From Thraustochytrium aureum (lineage: Eukaryota), in the NCBI GenBank assembly GCA_012862495.1, contig BLSG01000155.1, forward strand, positions 67,897 to 101,076: a DNA stretch of 33,180 bases. Reading direction: 5' to 3'. Position numbers and translations under genes: made by a program. This document shows positions 11,706-21,594 of the stretch, in pieces. Below the pieces are notes generated by a model. The model did not search any database. It saw nothing but the letters and a program-made list of their open reading frames with translations, and was not told the DNA's origin. The number at the start of each line of letters is the position of its first letter. The first letter of the stretch is position 1.

Positions 11706-11810
11706 GTTGCTGTTCAGGTGCAGCTTGTGCGTTGCCGTGGCCCAGGTCGGCGCGCGTACGCCCACCGCGTCTGTGCTACCAGCGACGTGTGCTCGCCGCT
11801 CACCTCACTA

Positions 11811-12030
11811 CATGAACAGTAGAACAGCTCAACACTAAGAGAACAGTAGAACAAGTCTTTACAAAAGAACAAAAGAACAGCTCTTTAATAAAGAACAAAA
11901 GAACAGCTCTTTGAGAACAGTAGAACAGCTCTTTTCAAAGAGAACAAGAGAACAGCTCTTTTCAAAGAAAAGCACCAGAAGGTGAACAAAGAAGGACAAA
12001 GAAGAGATTTTCAGAAGAACAAACCGTTTT
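11811..12030. repeat. A-rich low-complexity tandem array built on AAGAACA(G)/AGAACAGCTCTTT units
   Basis: Many degenerate copies of aagaacag and agaacagctcttt in an AT-rich island running into a gap. Confidence 0.8.
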
Positions 12031-12556
12031 GTGAGCGANNNNNNNNNNNNNNNNNNNNNNNNNNNNNNNNNNNNNNNNNNNNNNNNNNNNNNNNNNNNNN
12101 NNNNNNNNNNNNNNNNNNNNNNNNNNNNNNNNNNNNNNNNNNNNNNNNNNNNNNNNNNNNNNNNNNNNNNNNNNNNNNNNNNNNNNNNNNNNNNNNNNNN
12201 NNNNNNNNNNNNNNNNNNNNNNNNNNNNNNNNNNNNNNNNNNNNNNNNNNNNNNNNCCGACGCCGGCAGCACCGGGCGCCCTGCAGCCAACCTGTGAACG
12301 AACAAACAAACACTGCATGGCCTCTCCGAGAGCAGAGTCGGCGTTTCGATTCCCCGAGTCATGGCAGGCCATCATCACGATGCTGCCTTTCACCCGAGTC
12401 GGCGATGAGTTTTAGCTGTGGCCTTGTGCCTTGCGAACTGAACAGACACCAAACGAGACACCGGACGAGCGAAACGCGGTTGCTTGCGGCCTGCGCGCTG
12501 CTCAGCAAGGGTCTGAATAAGAGGTGCCGACCGTCCGCGCTGCGAGGCACGGCGAG

Positions 12557-13435
12557 ATGGTGGAGTGGGTCGCGGAAGATTTGCTATGGGCGACCCCGAA
12601 GCCATCGCCGTGGGACCCGAACGTGAGCCGTTGCGAGCTGCTGCACGAGTGGGAGCTCCCGGGTGACGTGACGCTGTACAATCCGTCGATGGTGGTCTGC
12701 GCGGGGCTCGGGATTGCCACGGGCGTGACTGGGTTCGCTCTCGTGTCGCGGCAGGCCAAGGTGCGCGAAGCAAACGTGCAAGCCGCGTATGCCTTGACTT
12801 ATCTCACCTTTGCCTGCATGAACACGATGGGGCTGATCAACTTTTGCTTTTTCAGCAACGATGGCGACATGGCCAAGACGAGCGCGTTTCACAAGTGGAT
12901 CTTTCTCCTCGACGGGCTGTTCAGCTCGGCCACGAGCCTCAACTTTTTCCTGTGCGCGTTGAGCGACTACGGCCTGCTCAAGCTCCGCACCCGGGCGGTT
13001 GACCGCTGGGTCACGCTAGCCTTGTACGCGGTGATCTTTGCCGGCTACTATGCAAGCATCTTCAAAGGGGTCTACGCGGCGTGGAAGTACCTTTACATGG
13101 ACTTGACCTACTACTCCAGCTCGGCCTACTTTGCCATGACCCTTGCGCGCATGGCGGTGCGGTGCCAGCTGGCGGGCCTCTGCCCGCTGATCGCCTCGAT
13201 AGTTATCGGTATCACTGGGCTCAACATGCTCGGACGGCGCAATGTGCAAGTGTTCTTCTGCCACTGGCTGAATGGCTACTTTACGGGCATGGACATCTGG
13301 TACCTCCAGAGCGACAGCAGCCTCATCTGCCTGCTCTGCTTCTACTTTATGCACCAGAGAAGCCTCGCACGCCTTACCGGGAAGAGCAAAGAAGGCCGCG
13401 AGGAGCCGTCCATGCGCGAGCCCCTGCTTGTGTAG
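12557..13435 (+). CDS. Uncharacterised multi-pass (~7 TM) membrane protein
   Basis: Intact 292-aa ORF from ATG 12557 with about seven hydrophobic segments and C-terminal REPLLV (dileucine-like sorting motif). Confidence 0.75.
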   Translation: MVEWVAEDLLWATPKPSPWDPNVSRCELLHEWELPGDVTLYNPSMVVCAGLGIATGVTGFALVSRQAKVREANVQAAYALTYLTFACMNTMGLINFCFFSNDGDMAKTSAFHKWIFLLDGLFSSATSLNFFLCALSDYGLLKLRTRAVDRWVTLALYAVIFAGYYASIFKGVYAAWKYLYMDLTYYSSSAYFAMTLARMAVRCQLAGLCPLIASIVIGITGLNMLGRRNVQVFFCHWLNGYFTGMDIWYLQSDSSLICLLCFYFMHQRSLARLTGKSKEGREEPSMREPLLV

Positions 13436-13518
13436 TCCACTTCTCCCCACTAGCTAGTCTAGAGTTAGAGTGAGCAAGAGCGCCGAGAATCCTGTCTTTT
13501 AAAACCTCCCAGCAAACA

Positions 13519-14424
13519 TCAGCGAAAAGCCGCCAGCACGGCCTCGAGTCGCTCCAGCGCGGCCTCGCCAGCCCCGCTTGCCAGTGCCTCGCGCTTGGCA
13601 GCCGCCGCAAAAGCAGCCGCGCGCGATCGGCTTGGCCCCGGGCAGGCCCGAACAAACGCACCCACCACCTCCCGCAATCTCAAGTCGACCTGGTGCTCCA
13701 CACTCTGCAGCGTGGCTGCGCGCGACGCGGCTGCCGCAGCAGATTGCGCTCCTTGCTCGTCCATGGCCGGACATTGTGCTGCCCGGCTGGCGAGCACCCA
13801 TACGGCCGCGACTCCGCTGAGCCTCGCAAAGACGTGGGCCTCTGGAGCCCATTCGCGCATCGCGCTCGACAGAACCAGGGTTTGCGGGCCCGCGGGCGGC
13901 GGCTCCATGAGCGCATGCATGCGGCGCACGACCTCGTCTCCCACGCGATTCTCGTCCGAGCGGCCTGCGTCGGCAGCGAGCGCCTCCTCCAAGGTGGCCT
14001 CCACGTGCACGTACATCAGGCCAGTGCGGAGTCGCTGCGCGAGCGCCACGAAGGGCCGCCGCATGCTCTTGTAGTACATGTTGTCGTCAACGAGTATCAG
14101 CAGCTGCTGCGGCGCGCCCCCTCGCTCTTGCGCCTCGGCCGCGCTCGCGTCCACCCTCCGCAGCGCCTCGAGCCGCGCCCTGCGCCAGGCCTCGAGCGGC
14201 TCAACCCCGGCGGCCTGCAGCTGCGCTTGCACCGCGTCAAACTCGACGTGCTCCACGCGCCATCCCGCTGGCGCGGCATCGCGGGCGGCGCGGCACAGCG
14301 CGCTTTTGCCGGCGGCGGGCAACCCGGACACGAGCGCGAGCACCACCGCGGCAGGCCCTCTAGCGTCGGCATCGGTGGCCGAGCAGCTCGGCTCGAGCGC
14401 GTCGGGCGCTCTTCGCGGGTCCAT
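13519..14424 (-). CDS. PSTK: L-seryl-tRNA(Sec) kinase (phosphoseryl-tRNA kinase)
   Basis: P-loop VSGLPAAGKS, LILVDDNMYYKSMR, RMHALMEPP, and C-terminal HQVDLRLREVV match eukaryotic PSTK motifs; intact 301-aa ORF. Confidence 0.85.
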   Translation of the reverse strand: MDPRRAPDALEPSCSATDADARGPAAVVLALVSGLPAAGKSALCRAARDAAPAGWRVEHVEFDAVQAQLQAAGVEPLEAWRRARLEALRRVDASAAEAQERGGAPQQLLILVDDNMYYKSMRRPFVALAQRLRTGLMYVHVEATLEEALAADAGRSDENRVGDEVVRRMHALMEPPPAGPQTLVLSSAMREWAPEAHVFARLSGVAAVWVLASRAAQCPAMDEQGAQSAAAAASRAATLQSVEHQVDLRLREVVGAFVRACPGPSRSRAAAFAAAAKREALASGAGEAALERLEAVLAAFR

Positions 14425-14620
14425 CAGGGCTCCATTGAGGCTCCGTGGCGGGTCGATGTCGGAGGGACTCGGCCTCGAGCCGAGATGGCGTTCCTCTTTC
14501 CTGCTCGAAAGTGCGAAGGCCTCGCTGCCAGGCGGCGGCAGACCCGCAACGCCGGCACAGTCGCACGGGTCCGCTCGCTAGCGAGACAGACGCTGACACG
14601 CAGAGGTCGAGGAAGGGAGC

Positions 14621-15373
14621 ATGGCGAGGGTGCTGCGCACGGTCGTGTTTGTGGGGTCGGCAAGCGCTCGTCCCGCCCTGGGGCGGGACGCCAGGCTCGG
14701 CGACCGCGTCGTCAAACACGTCGTGAAGCACCTTGAGGGGCGGTCGCGCGCGCTTGGAGGGCAGACGGTCGAGCACGATGTGACGGTGCTGGATCCGGTC
14801 GAGGTCTTCGGCCCCAACGGCGCGCTGAGCGAGTCGGGCGGGCAGCTCTCGGCGCCGCATTTCTTCTACGCGGCGGGCAAAGCGCCGGCGGCGATGGACG
14901 CCCTGCGCGACGTGATCAAGAAAGCGGACTGCTATGTGATCATCACGCCAGAGGTAAGTCGGCGGCGCGGCGCTGCGCTCAAGGCGCGCCAGGGCTGAGC
15001 GCTAACGACGCGGACGGCAAACACGCAGTACAACCACTCCATTCCGCCGGCCCTCTCGAGCCTCATGGGCCACTTTGGAGGATCCAACTATGCGCTCAAG
15101 ACCTCTGCGATCGTCACGTACTCGCCGGGCCCGTGGGGCGGCGCGCGGGTGGCAGTTGCCCTGCGCCCGTTTCTCAGCGAGCTCGGCTGCATCCCCGTGT
15201 CCAAGCTCTGCATGTTTCCCAGCCCGAACGATCTCTTCGAGGCCGACGGCGAACCGAAAGACCCGCAGCACAGGATGCTCAAGCAGCTCCCGGCGATGAT
15301 TGACGAGCTCGAATGGACAGCCATCGCCTTCGCCAACATGAAGGCTGAGGCGCCCGACCCGCACGCGGCTTGA
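14621..15373 (+). CDS. NAD(P)H-dependent FMN reductase / flavodoxin-like quinone reductase; intron 14954-15028
   Basis: [27 protein letters not shown] (joined by splicing), [29 protein letters not shown]_red family motifs. Confidence 0.9.
14954..15028 (+). other. Spliceosomal intron (75 nt)
   Basis: GTAAGT...GCTAAC...CGCAG; splicing restores the conserved PEYNHS motif. Confidence 0.95.
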
Positions 15374-15913
15374 AGGCGCTCCCAAGCAAGCTCGGACGAG
15401 ATCGCGCTGCCCTGCCGCGGCTGGCCAAGCCCTGCGGAAACCAGGAGAGACGCCGAAAGAAAGGCTTTCTCTGGCGCCAGCGGGCAAGCAACCTCCACAC
15501 GAGGCCCACCCCTCGAATCAATTTCTGCCCTCAATCCATCTCCGTGGCCTCCTGATGACTGGCCTCCAAATCCGACGCCACTCCGCCGGTAAGCCGTCCG
15601 TCCCGCCCGGACCGGTATCTCTCGTCCACGACCCCAGTTTCTTCTTGTCTTGCGTCTGCAGCTGCTCCTGCTCTTGTTCGCCTGAACGTTGATTTCAAGA
15701 ATACTACCATACGCGTCCCGGCGACGTCCACACCAGACTCGCTTCCTTCCCTCTCGCTCTCGCTCCAGGCGCGACCGGTCCAGGCGGGGCCGTCTGCAGG
15801 CGCCGCTCGACTCGCCGCCTGCCCGAGGTCCCCGTCGCGCGTGCGGCGCGCCTCGTTGAGGGCTTGGCTGGTAGGGTCTTCCGGGACGCGGCCTGCCGCT
15901 CGCGCCTGGCGCA

Positions 15914-18900
15914 ATGGATGGACACGACGCTCGCGCGCCAGAGCTGCTGCCCGCTGGCGCGACGTACTATGATACTCGCAGCGAGCGCGGGCACGCGCGC
16001 GGGCCGGACGAGGCTGCGCAGGGCGCGTGGGCTCGCGCGTCGCCAGGCAGCACAGGCAGCGTCGCAACCATGTCCCCGGGAGGCCGCAAACGGGTCGTGA
16101 GGAAGCCAAAGCCCGGCAGGAAGCGCGACGAGCGGCTGTTCGTCACGGGCGAGCCGCGCGACCTGGAGCGCTTGATCCACGGCGCGCGCAAGCTCAACGA
16201 ACTCCGCGAAGCCGCAAAGCGCCGCGCCGACGCCGACCTCGAACCGCTAGTGAGGCGCGCGGGCCGGTCGCGCAACCCGGACAAGCTGCGCGTTGCCGAG
16301 CTGGGCCGCCAGTTTCTGGCGCTCGACTCGATGGACCTCGGCCACGAGCGCGGCGTGCTGGCAATGATCACCGACGAGCTGCTGGAGGTGCGCCCTGCCC
16401 AGCCTCGCGTTTGCTCCACGTTTCTGTTCGCGATCTCGCCATACACGCGCCTCGCGCTGGCCGCTGAAACCGCGCACAGGGACCTAGAGCCGCAGTCCTC
16501 GGGCCGCGGCGCCGGCAACCATCTGCCAGTACGAGTTGCGGCAGCGCTATCGGTTCGACCGGCCACGTGTTTGAAGACGACAACGACGACGACGACGACG
16601 CGAACTGCGGAGTCGGCGATGAGTCCGTCGAAGGCGGCGAGCGCCAAGCCAGCACATTNNNNNNNNNNNNNNNNNNNNNNNNNNNNNNNNNNNNNNNNNN
16701 NNNNNNNNNNNNNNNNNNNNNNNNNNNNNNNNNNNNNNNNNNNNNNNNNNNNNNNNNNNNNNNNNNNNNNNNNNNNNNNNNNNNNNNNNNNNNNNNNNNN
16801 NNNNNNNNNNNNNNNNNNNNNNNNNNNNNNNNNNNNNNNNNNNNNNNNNNNNNNNNNNNNNNNNNNNNNNNNNNNNNNNNNNNNNNNNNNNNNNNNNNNN
16901 NNNNNNNNNNNNNNNNNNNNNNNNNNNNNNNNNNNNNNNNNNNNNNNNNNNNNNNNNNNNNNNNNNNNNNNNNNNNNNNNNNNNNNNNNNNNNNNNNNNN
17001 NNNNNNNNNNNNNNNNNNNNNNNNNNNNNNNNNNNNNNNNNNNNNNNNNNNNNNNNNNNNNNNNNNNNNNNNNNNNNNNNNNNNNNNNNNGGTTCGGACG
17101 GCCGCGCACGGCGCGTACGATGCAGGATCTGCGAGGAGATGGTGGACCGCGAAACCGCGAACGAGCACTTTGCGCTGTGCCTCGAAGAGTATAGGGAGGT
17201 GTACAACGAGTGCAGGCTTGAAGGCCTCGTGGCATCCATCCAACAAGGCACAGAGAGTGCCGCAGAGGCTGACTTGCCGCTCCTCAAGCAAATCGAGCAT
17301 GGCGCAGAGCTTATTGGAGCGGCGCGCGACGCGCGCGCGAGCCCTGGAGGCCTTGCCACCAGTGCAGATCTGCTTCGAAGTGCGCAAAAGCTGTTCTCGG
17401 ATGTTTTGGACGCGCTCGACAAACATCCGCGCCACGCAGCCATCAAGGCGCTCACCGTCGAGGCGCTCGACATGGCGCTGGCCGAGGACTCGTCAAGGTG
17501 GGCCCCCACTTCCGCAGCGGCCGCCGGGTTTGGCTCGCCAGGGTTTGGTTCGTTTGGGCCTGCGTCGCCCGCGCTGGGTTCGCCTGGGCTGGGGTTACCT
17601 GGCTCCGCAATGTCGCCGGGCTTTTCCTCGCAGTGGCCGGGCTCTCCGGTACCGGGCGGCAGCCTGCACGGCCGCAGAGGAGGCAGCGGCGGTAGCACTG
17701 TGAGCGCGAGCGACTTGGCGCGGCGGCGGCCCTCCGTGAAAGACTTTGACTTCCTCAAGACGATCTCGCGCGGATCAGTTGGCCGCGTCTTCCTCGCCGC
17801 CAAACGCCGCACGGGCGACATCTTTGCGATCAAGGTGATGGACAAGGCCGAGGTGGTGCGAAAAAACCTTGTGGCTCGCATCATGGCCGAGCGCAACGTC
17901 CTCGCCAGGGCGCGCTGTCCGTTTGTGGTCAAGTTTTTCTTCTCGTTTGAAACCAAGTCGCAACTCTTTATTGCGATGGAATTTGTGCAAGGCGGCGACA
18001 TCTTGGGCCTACTCAACACCTACGGCGTGCTGCCGGAGAGTGTGGCTTGCCGGTACGCCTCCGAGGTGGTTGCAGCTTTAAAGTACTTGCACGAGCAGCT
18101 GAACGTGTGCCACCGCGACCTCAAGCCGGACAACATTCTCATCGACCGCAACGGTCACGTCAAGCTAACTGACTTTGGGCTGTCCCATGTGGGGCTCGTC
18201 GAGGGCCTAGAGGTCGTAACGCCGTTCGAGGCCGACGCCGCCCGAGCCGGGGACGAGCCCGCCAGGCGCTTCTCGGACGGAAGCAGCGGGAGCGCGAGCA
18301 CCGGGCTTTCGTCCTGCGCTACGTTCGCAACGAGCCCTCTGGAGGGGTGCGGCTCTGGGCTTGGACTAGGCCTTTGCTCGCGCAGCCGGGCCGCTCTGCG
18401 CTGCCGCTGCAGCACCAACAGGTCTTCCAGCACAGGCGTACCTCCACGTCATCGACGGGGACAAGCGGGTCGATGTCGTCCGGGAGCCGCGACTGGCCGC
18501 GAAGCCGCGTCGTTCGCACTGGTATCGACTACAGGGCCCGGCGGCGGATGATGCGAAGCCAGGTTGGCACGCCCGACTACATGGCCCCCGAGATCCTTCT
18601 CGGGACCGGGCACGACTTTTCCTGCGATTGGTGGTCGCTGGGGATCATCCTGTACGAGATGCTCTTTGGCGTCCCGCCGTTCAACGACGAGACGCCGCAG
18701 CGGATTTTCAACAACATTTTGAGCGGCGAGCTCCCGCCAGAGGAAGAACGGCTTCCCGTGACGGCGAGCCCGATCGCGTGGGACCTGATCAAGAGCCTCT
18801 TGTGCACGAGCGCGCGGCAGAGGCTGGGTCACAACGGGCCCGCAGAAGTTCAAATCCACCCGTTCTTCCGCGGCATTGATTGGGTNNNNNNNNNNNNNNN

Positions 18901-19678
18901 NNNNNNNNNNNNNNNNNNNNNNNNNNNNNNNNNNNNNNNNNNNNNNNNNNNNNNNNNNNNNNNNNNNNNNNNNNNNNNNNNNNNNNNNNNNNNNNNNNNN
19001 NNNNNNNNNNNNNNNNNNNNNNNNNNNNNNNNNNNNNNNNNNNNNNNNNNNNNNNNNNNNNNNNNNNNNNNNNNNNNNNNNNNNNNNNNNNNNNNNNNNN
19101 NNNNNNNNNNNNNNNNNNNNNNNNNNNNNNNNNNNNNNNNNNNNNNNNNNNNNNNNNNNNNNNNNNGCCCGCGGACGACCACCTCGGCAGGCAGCGCGCC
19201 GCCAGGAAGCGCGGGCCAGGGTGGCGATCGCAGCCCTGGCTCGCCCGCGGTGGGCGCCGTCGGTGTGGCCCGACGCGAGTCGGTGGGAACGTCCGCAGCT
19301 TCGTTGCTGGACGCGATCAGCGACGACTCGGACGACTCCGGCTCGGAGACGGCCAACGCGGCGCTGCGGCGGGTTTCGATTGGGAGTGGTGGCGTTGGCT
19401 GCGGGGACGAGGGCGGTGGCGCTGCTGCACGGCGGGTGAGCGCAAGTAGCGCAGGTGCGAGCCGAAAGCGCGCTGGGTCCGCTGGGTTTCCGCAAATTGA
19501 CTTTGCCTTCAGCCAGTTGGCCAACTTGCAAGAGCTCAACGTGGCGGCTGCTGCGCGGATGGCGCCTCAAAGCGAGTCCGGGCGCCGGTTCTCGGGCGAG
19601 TCGAAAGAGCGGGAGGCCAAGGAGCGAGAGGCCAAGCAGGGCTCGTTTGAGTTGCATGAGGCGGCGCGATCGACGTAG
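15914..19678 (+). CDS. AGC kinase of the IRE/Rim15/Greatwall(MASTL) group; spans two gaps; frame change near 16388-16570 and -1 frameshift near 18350-18400
   Basis: [35 protein letters not shown]...[36 protein letters not shown], long insert, [17 protein letters not shown]...[16 protein letters not shown]-terminal [13 protein letters not shown]. The segment 15914-16658 is assigned to the same gene by inference. Confidence 0.8.
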
Positions 19679-19726
19679 CGCCCGCTCTGCGTGGGCCGAG
19701 CAAGCTGACAAGTACGCCATGATCGA

Positions 19727-19836
19727 ATCTTTTGCTTTGCTGCCTTTTTGCGCAACACAATGATCTTTTGCTGTGCTGCCTTTTTGTGCAACGCAATGAT
19801 CTTTTGCTGTGCTGCCTTTTTGTGCAACGCAATGAT
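19727..19836. repeat. 36-bp tandem repeat, about 3 copies
   Basis: Unit tgatcttttgctgtgctgcctttttgtgcaacgcaa, between the convergent stops of the kinase and paraoxonase-like genes. Confidence 0.9.
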
Positions 19837-19980
19837 CAATGATCAATGGTAGGAGCTTTTGCTGTGCTTGCACTGCGCCCCTTGTGAAAGTGTGATTGAT
19901 TCATGGATTGAGTGCGCGAATGCATCAACGTCCGCTGTTGTGGAAAAGGCGGCGGCCGGCCCTGGGCGAAACCAAACAAG

Positions 19981-21174
19981 CTACGGCGCGACAGGACACA
20001 CGAGCAGGCCCTTGGAGTACGGGCTGCCGCAAACCGCCCACGTCTTGGAGGGGCTGCCAGGTACGCCAACCTTGGCGCAGGCAGAAATCCAGCTGAGCAG
20101 AGAGGCGTCGTGCATGACCTGGTCGGAGGTTCGGGTCGCACTTCCCTTGAACGGCGGGTGCACCACAGTAAGGCCGCCCGCAATAGGCTTGGTGTGGTCA
20201 AGCACTTGGTACACCTTGCCAATCGTCCCAACCCAGAACTCGCCAGAAGCTTCGTCTAGATGCACGTTGTCTGTGGCGTGCGGGACGGGAATGTTGAGCT
20301 GGGGCGCCGCGACCAGCTTGCCTGTCGAGGCATTTCGTTTGAAAGCGAAAAGGGTCTTGCGGATCGGGTCGCTCACGTACAGCATGCTTTTGTCCTGCGT
20401 GAGCGCGAGCCCGTTGGCGTGCACGAACCCGTACGCCGCCCAGTCGCAGTTGAGCGTCGTGCGCGCGTCAATGTCAAAGGTGCAGCGGTGGACGCCAGTG
20501 AAGCCGCGCCACGCGCTCAGCTCGACGACAAATTGGAGCACAAGGGAAATGTAGTCGCGAATGGTGTTGGAGTTTCGCTTGCCGGCAGTCGCCACGCCCA
20601 TGTTTTGCCACTGCGAAATGTACACCTCGGTCGGGGAGGCCTCCACGACCGAGTTGAGTCCCAGATTCGGAAAGCGGTTGCCCTCGCCGATGGCCATGAC
20701 CCACTCAAAGTGCGGCAGCCCCTCCGCGCCTTCCTTCACGGCAAAGACCTCGACGCGGGTCCCGACCGTGCTGAAGCCGCCATGGTTGACCACATAGAGT
20801 CGCTCGGTTGCGCGCGAGTAGTGGATACCGTGCGGGTGGAACGCGAAGACCTTGGGTGTTCCGCTGATCTCAAGCTTGCGGACAGTCGGTTGGCCTCCGC
20901 GTGCGTCGACGGCGAACATGAATCCGCTCACAAAACTCTCAGGCGCGCGCTCCACGCACGGCACCGTGTCGCCGGCCCCGCCGATGAGGATCCCTTCGCG
21001 GTAGGTTACGAGGTCCTCGGCAGCCCTCATCTCTTCGCTGGTGAGAAACGAGCATCCCGGCGTGGGCGGGCCGAGGACCTTTTGCACGTCCAGGACGTCG
21101 GCCGTCCTCACCGCAAAGCCGACGGCGACCGCGGCCATCACGGCGCTGAACGCGCCGCAAGCCCCAACAACCAT
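19981..21174 (-). CDS. Paraoxonase/arylesterase-like six-bladed beta-propeller hydrolase with N-terminal signal anchor
   Basis: AEDL, FHPHGI, LYVVNH, LNSV, ANGL, LYVSD, TDNV, GEFWVG motifs in PON order; intact 397-aa ORF. Confidence 0.85.
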   Translation of the reverse strand: MVVGACGAFSAVMAAVAVGFAVRTADVLDVQKVLGPPTPGCSFLTSEEMRAAEDLVTYREGILIGGAGDTVPCVERAPESFVSGFMFAVDARGGQPTVRKLEISGTPKVFAFHPHGIHYSRATERLYVVNHGGFSTVGTRVEVFAVKEGAEGLPHFEWVMAIGEGNRFPNLGLNSVVEASPTEVYISQWQNMGVATAGKRNSNTIRDYISLVLQFVVELSAWRGFTGVHRCTFDIDARTTLNCDWAAYGFVHANGLALTQDKSMLYVSDPIRKTLFAFKRNASTGKLVAAPQLNIPVPHATDNVHLDEASGEFWVGTIGKVYQVLDHTKPIAGGLTVVHPPFKGSATRTSDQVMHDASLLSWISACAKVGVPGSPSKTWAVCGSPYSKGLLVCPVAP

Positions 21175-21192
21175 CTCTCCCCCGCCTCGGCC

Positions 21193-21594
21193 TCAGACCT
21201 GCCAGTCGCGCCTGTCCACCTTCTGCCGCAGCAAATAGTCCTCGATCAGCTGCTTCTCCCTCGCTTCCCTGAGCGCCAGCACCTCCGGCGACTCCACTTC
21301 GCGCGCCGCTCGAATCGCCTCCACCCTCTTCCAGACCAGCAGCACCGTGACCGTCCCTTGTCCTCCCAGCAGCACCTTCCACCTGCGTGCCACCAGCGTC
21401 AGCGCCCCAAGCCTCAGTCCGTATCCATCGCCATCCCCATCGCCATCCCATCGCCATCCATCGCAAAATGCCATCCAGTCCAGCGCATCCATCCCAGCCA
21501 GCCAACCGAACGCCGTCAGCCCAGCCAGCCAGCCAGCCGCCAGCCGCCCCGCGCGAACTCACTTGAACGGCAAGCGCGACCACGTGCCCGCCAT
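21193..21594 (-). CDS. Small spliced protein (73 aa) with one weakly hydrophobic segment; intron 21383-21562
   Basis: ATG 21594, exon 1 MAGTWSRLPF, GTGAGT donor, GCTGAC branch, GCAG acceptor; spliced product MAGTWSRLPFKWKVLLGGQGTVTVLLVWKRVEAIRAAREVESPEVLALREAREKQLIEDYLLRQKVDRRDWQV. Confidence 0.65.
21383..21562 (-). other. Spliceosomal intron (180 nt) containing GGCT/GGAT simple repeats
   Basis: GTGAGT...GCTGAC...ACGCAG; splicing keeps the frame. Confidence 0.7.

Noticed and set aside
12315..12405. tRNA-like T-arm (GTTTCGATTCCCCG), of interest given nearby PSTK
   Set aside because: I could not build a D-arm, anticodon arm or acceptor stem around it, and the 5' side of the T-stem does not pair well; tRNAscan-SE would settle it.
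19727..19836. 36-bp repeats as a CRISPR array
   Set aside because: Units are head-to-tail with no unique spacers, there are no cas genes, and the context is eukaryotic.
19680..19980. SECIS element downstream of the paraoxonase-like gene
   Set aside because: An ATGA is present on the minus strand, but I found no correctly spaced AA apical loop or pairing GA quartet.
21175..21192. GGGGAGAG before the paraoxonase ATG as a Shine-Dalgarno site (bacterial origin)
   Set aside because: The upstream gene has a spliceosomal intron, and a similar GAG-ATG context precedes other genes here (12557, 26764).
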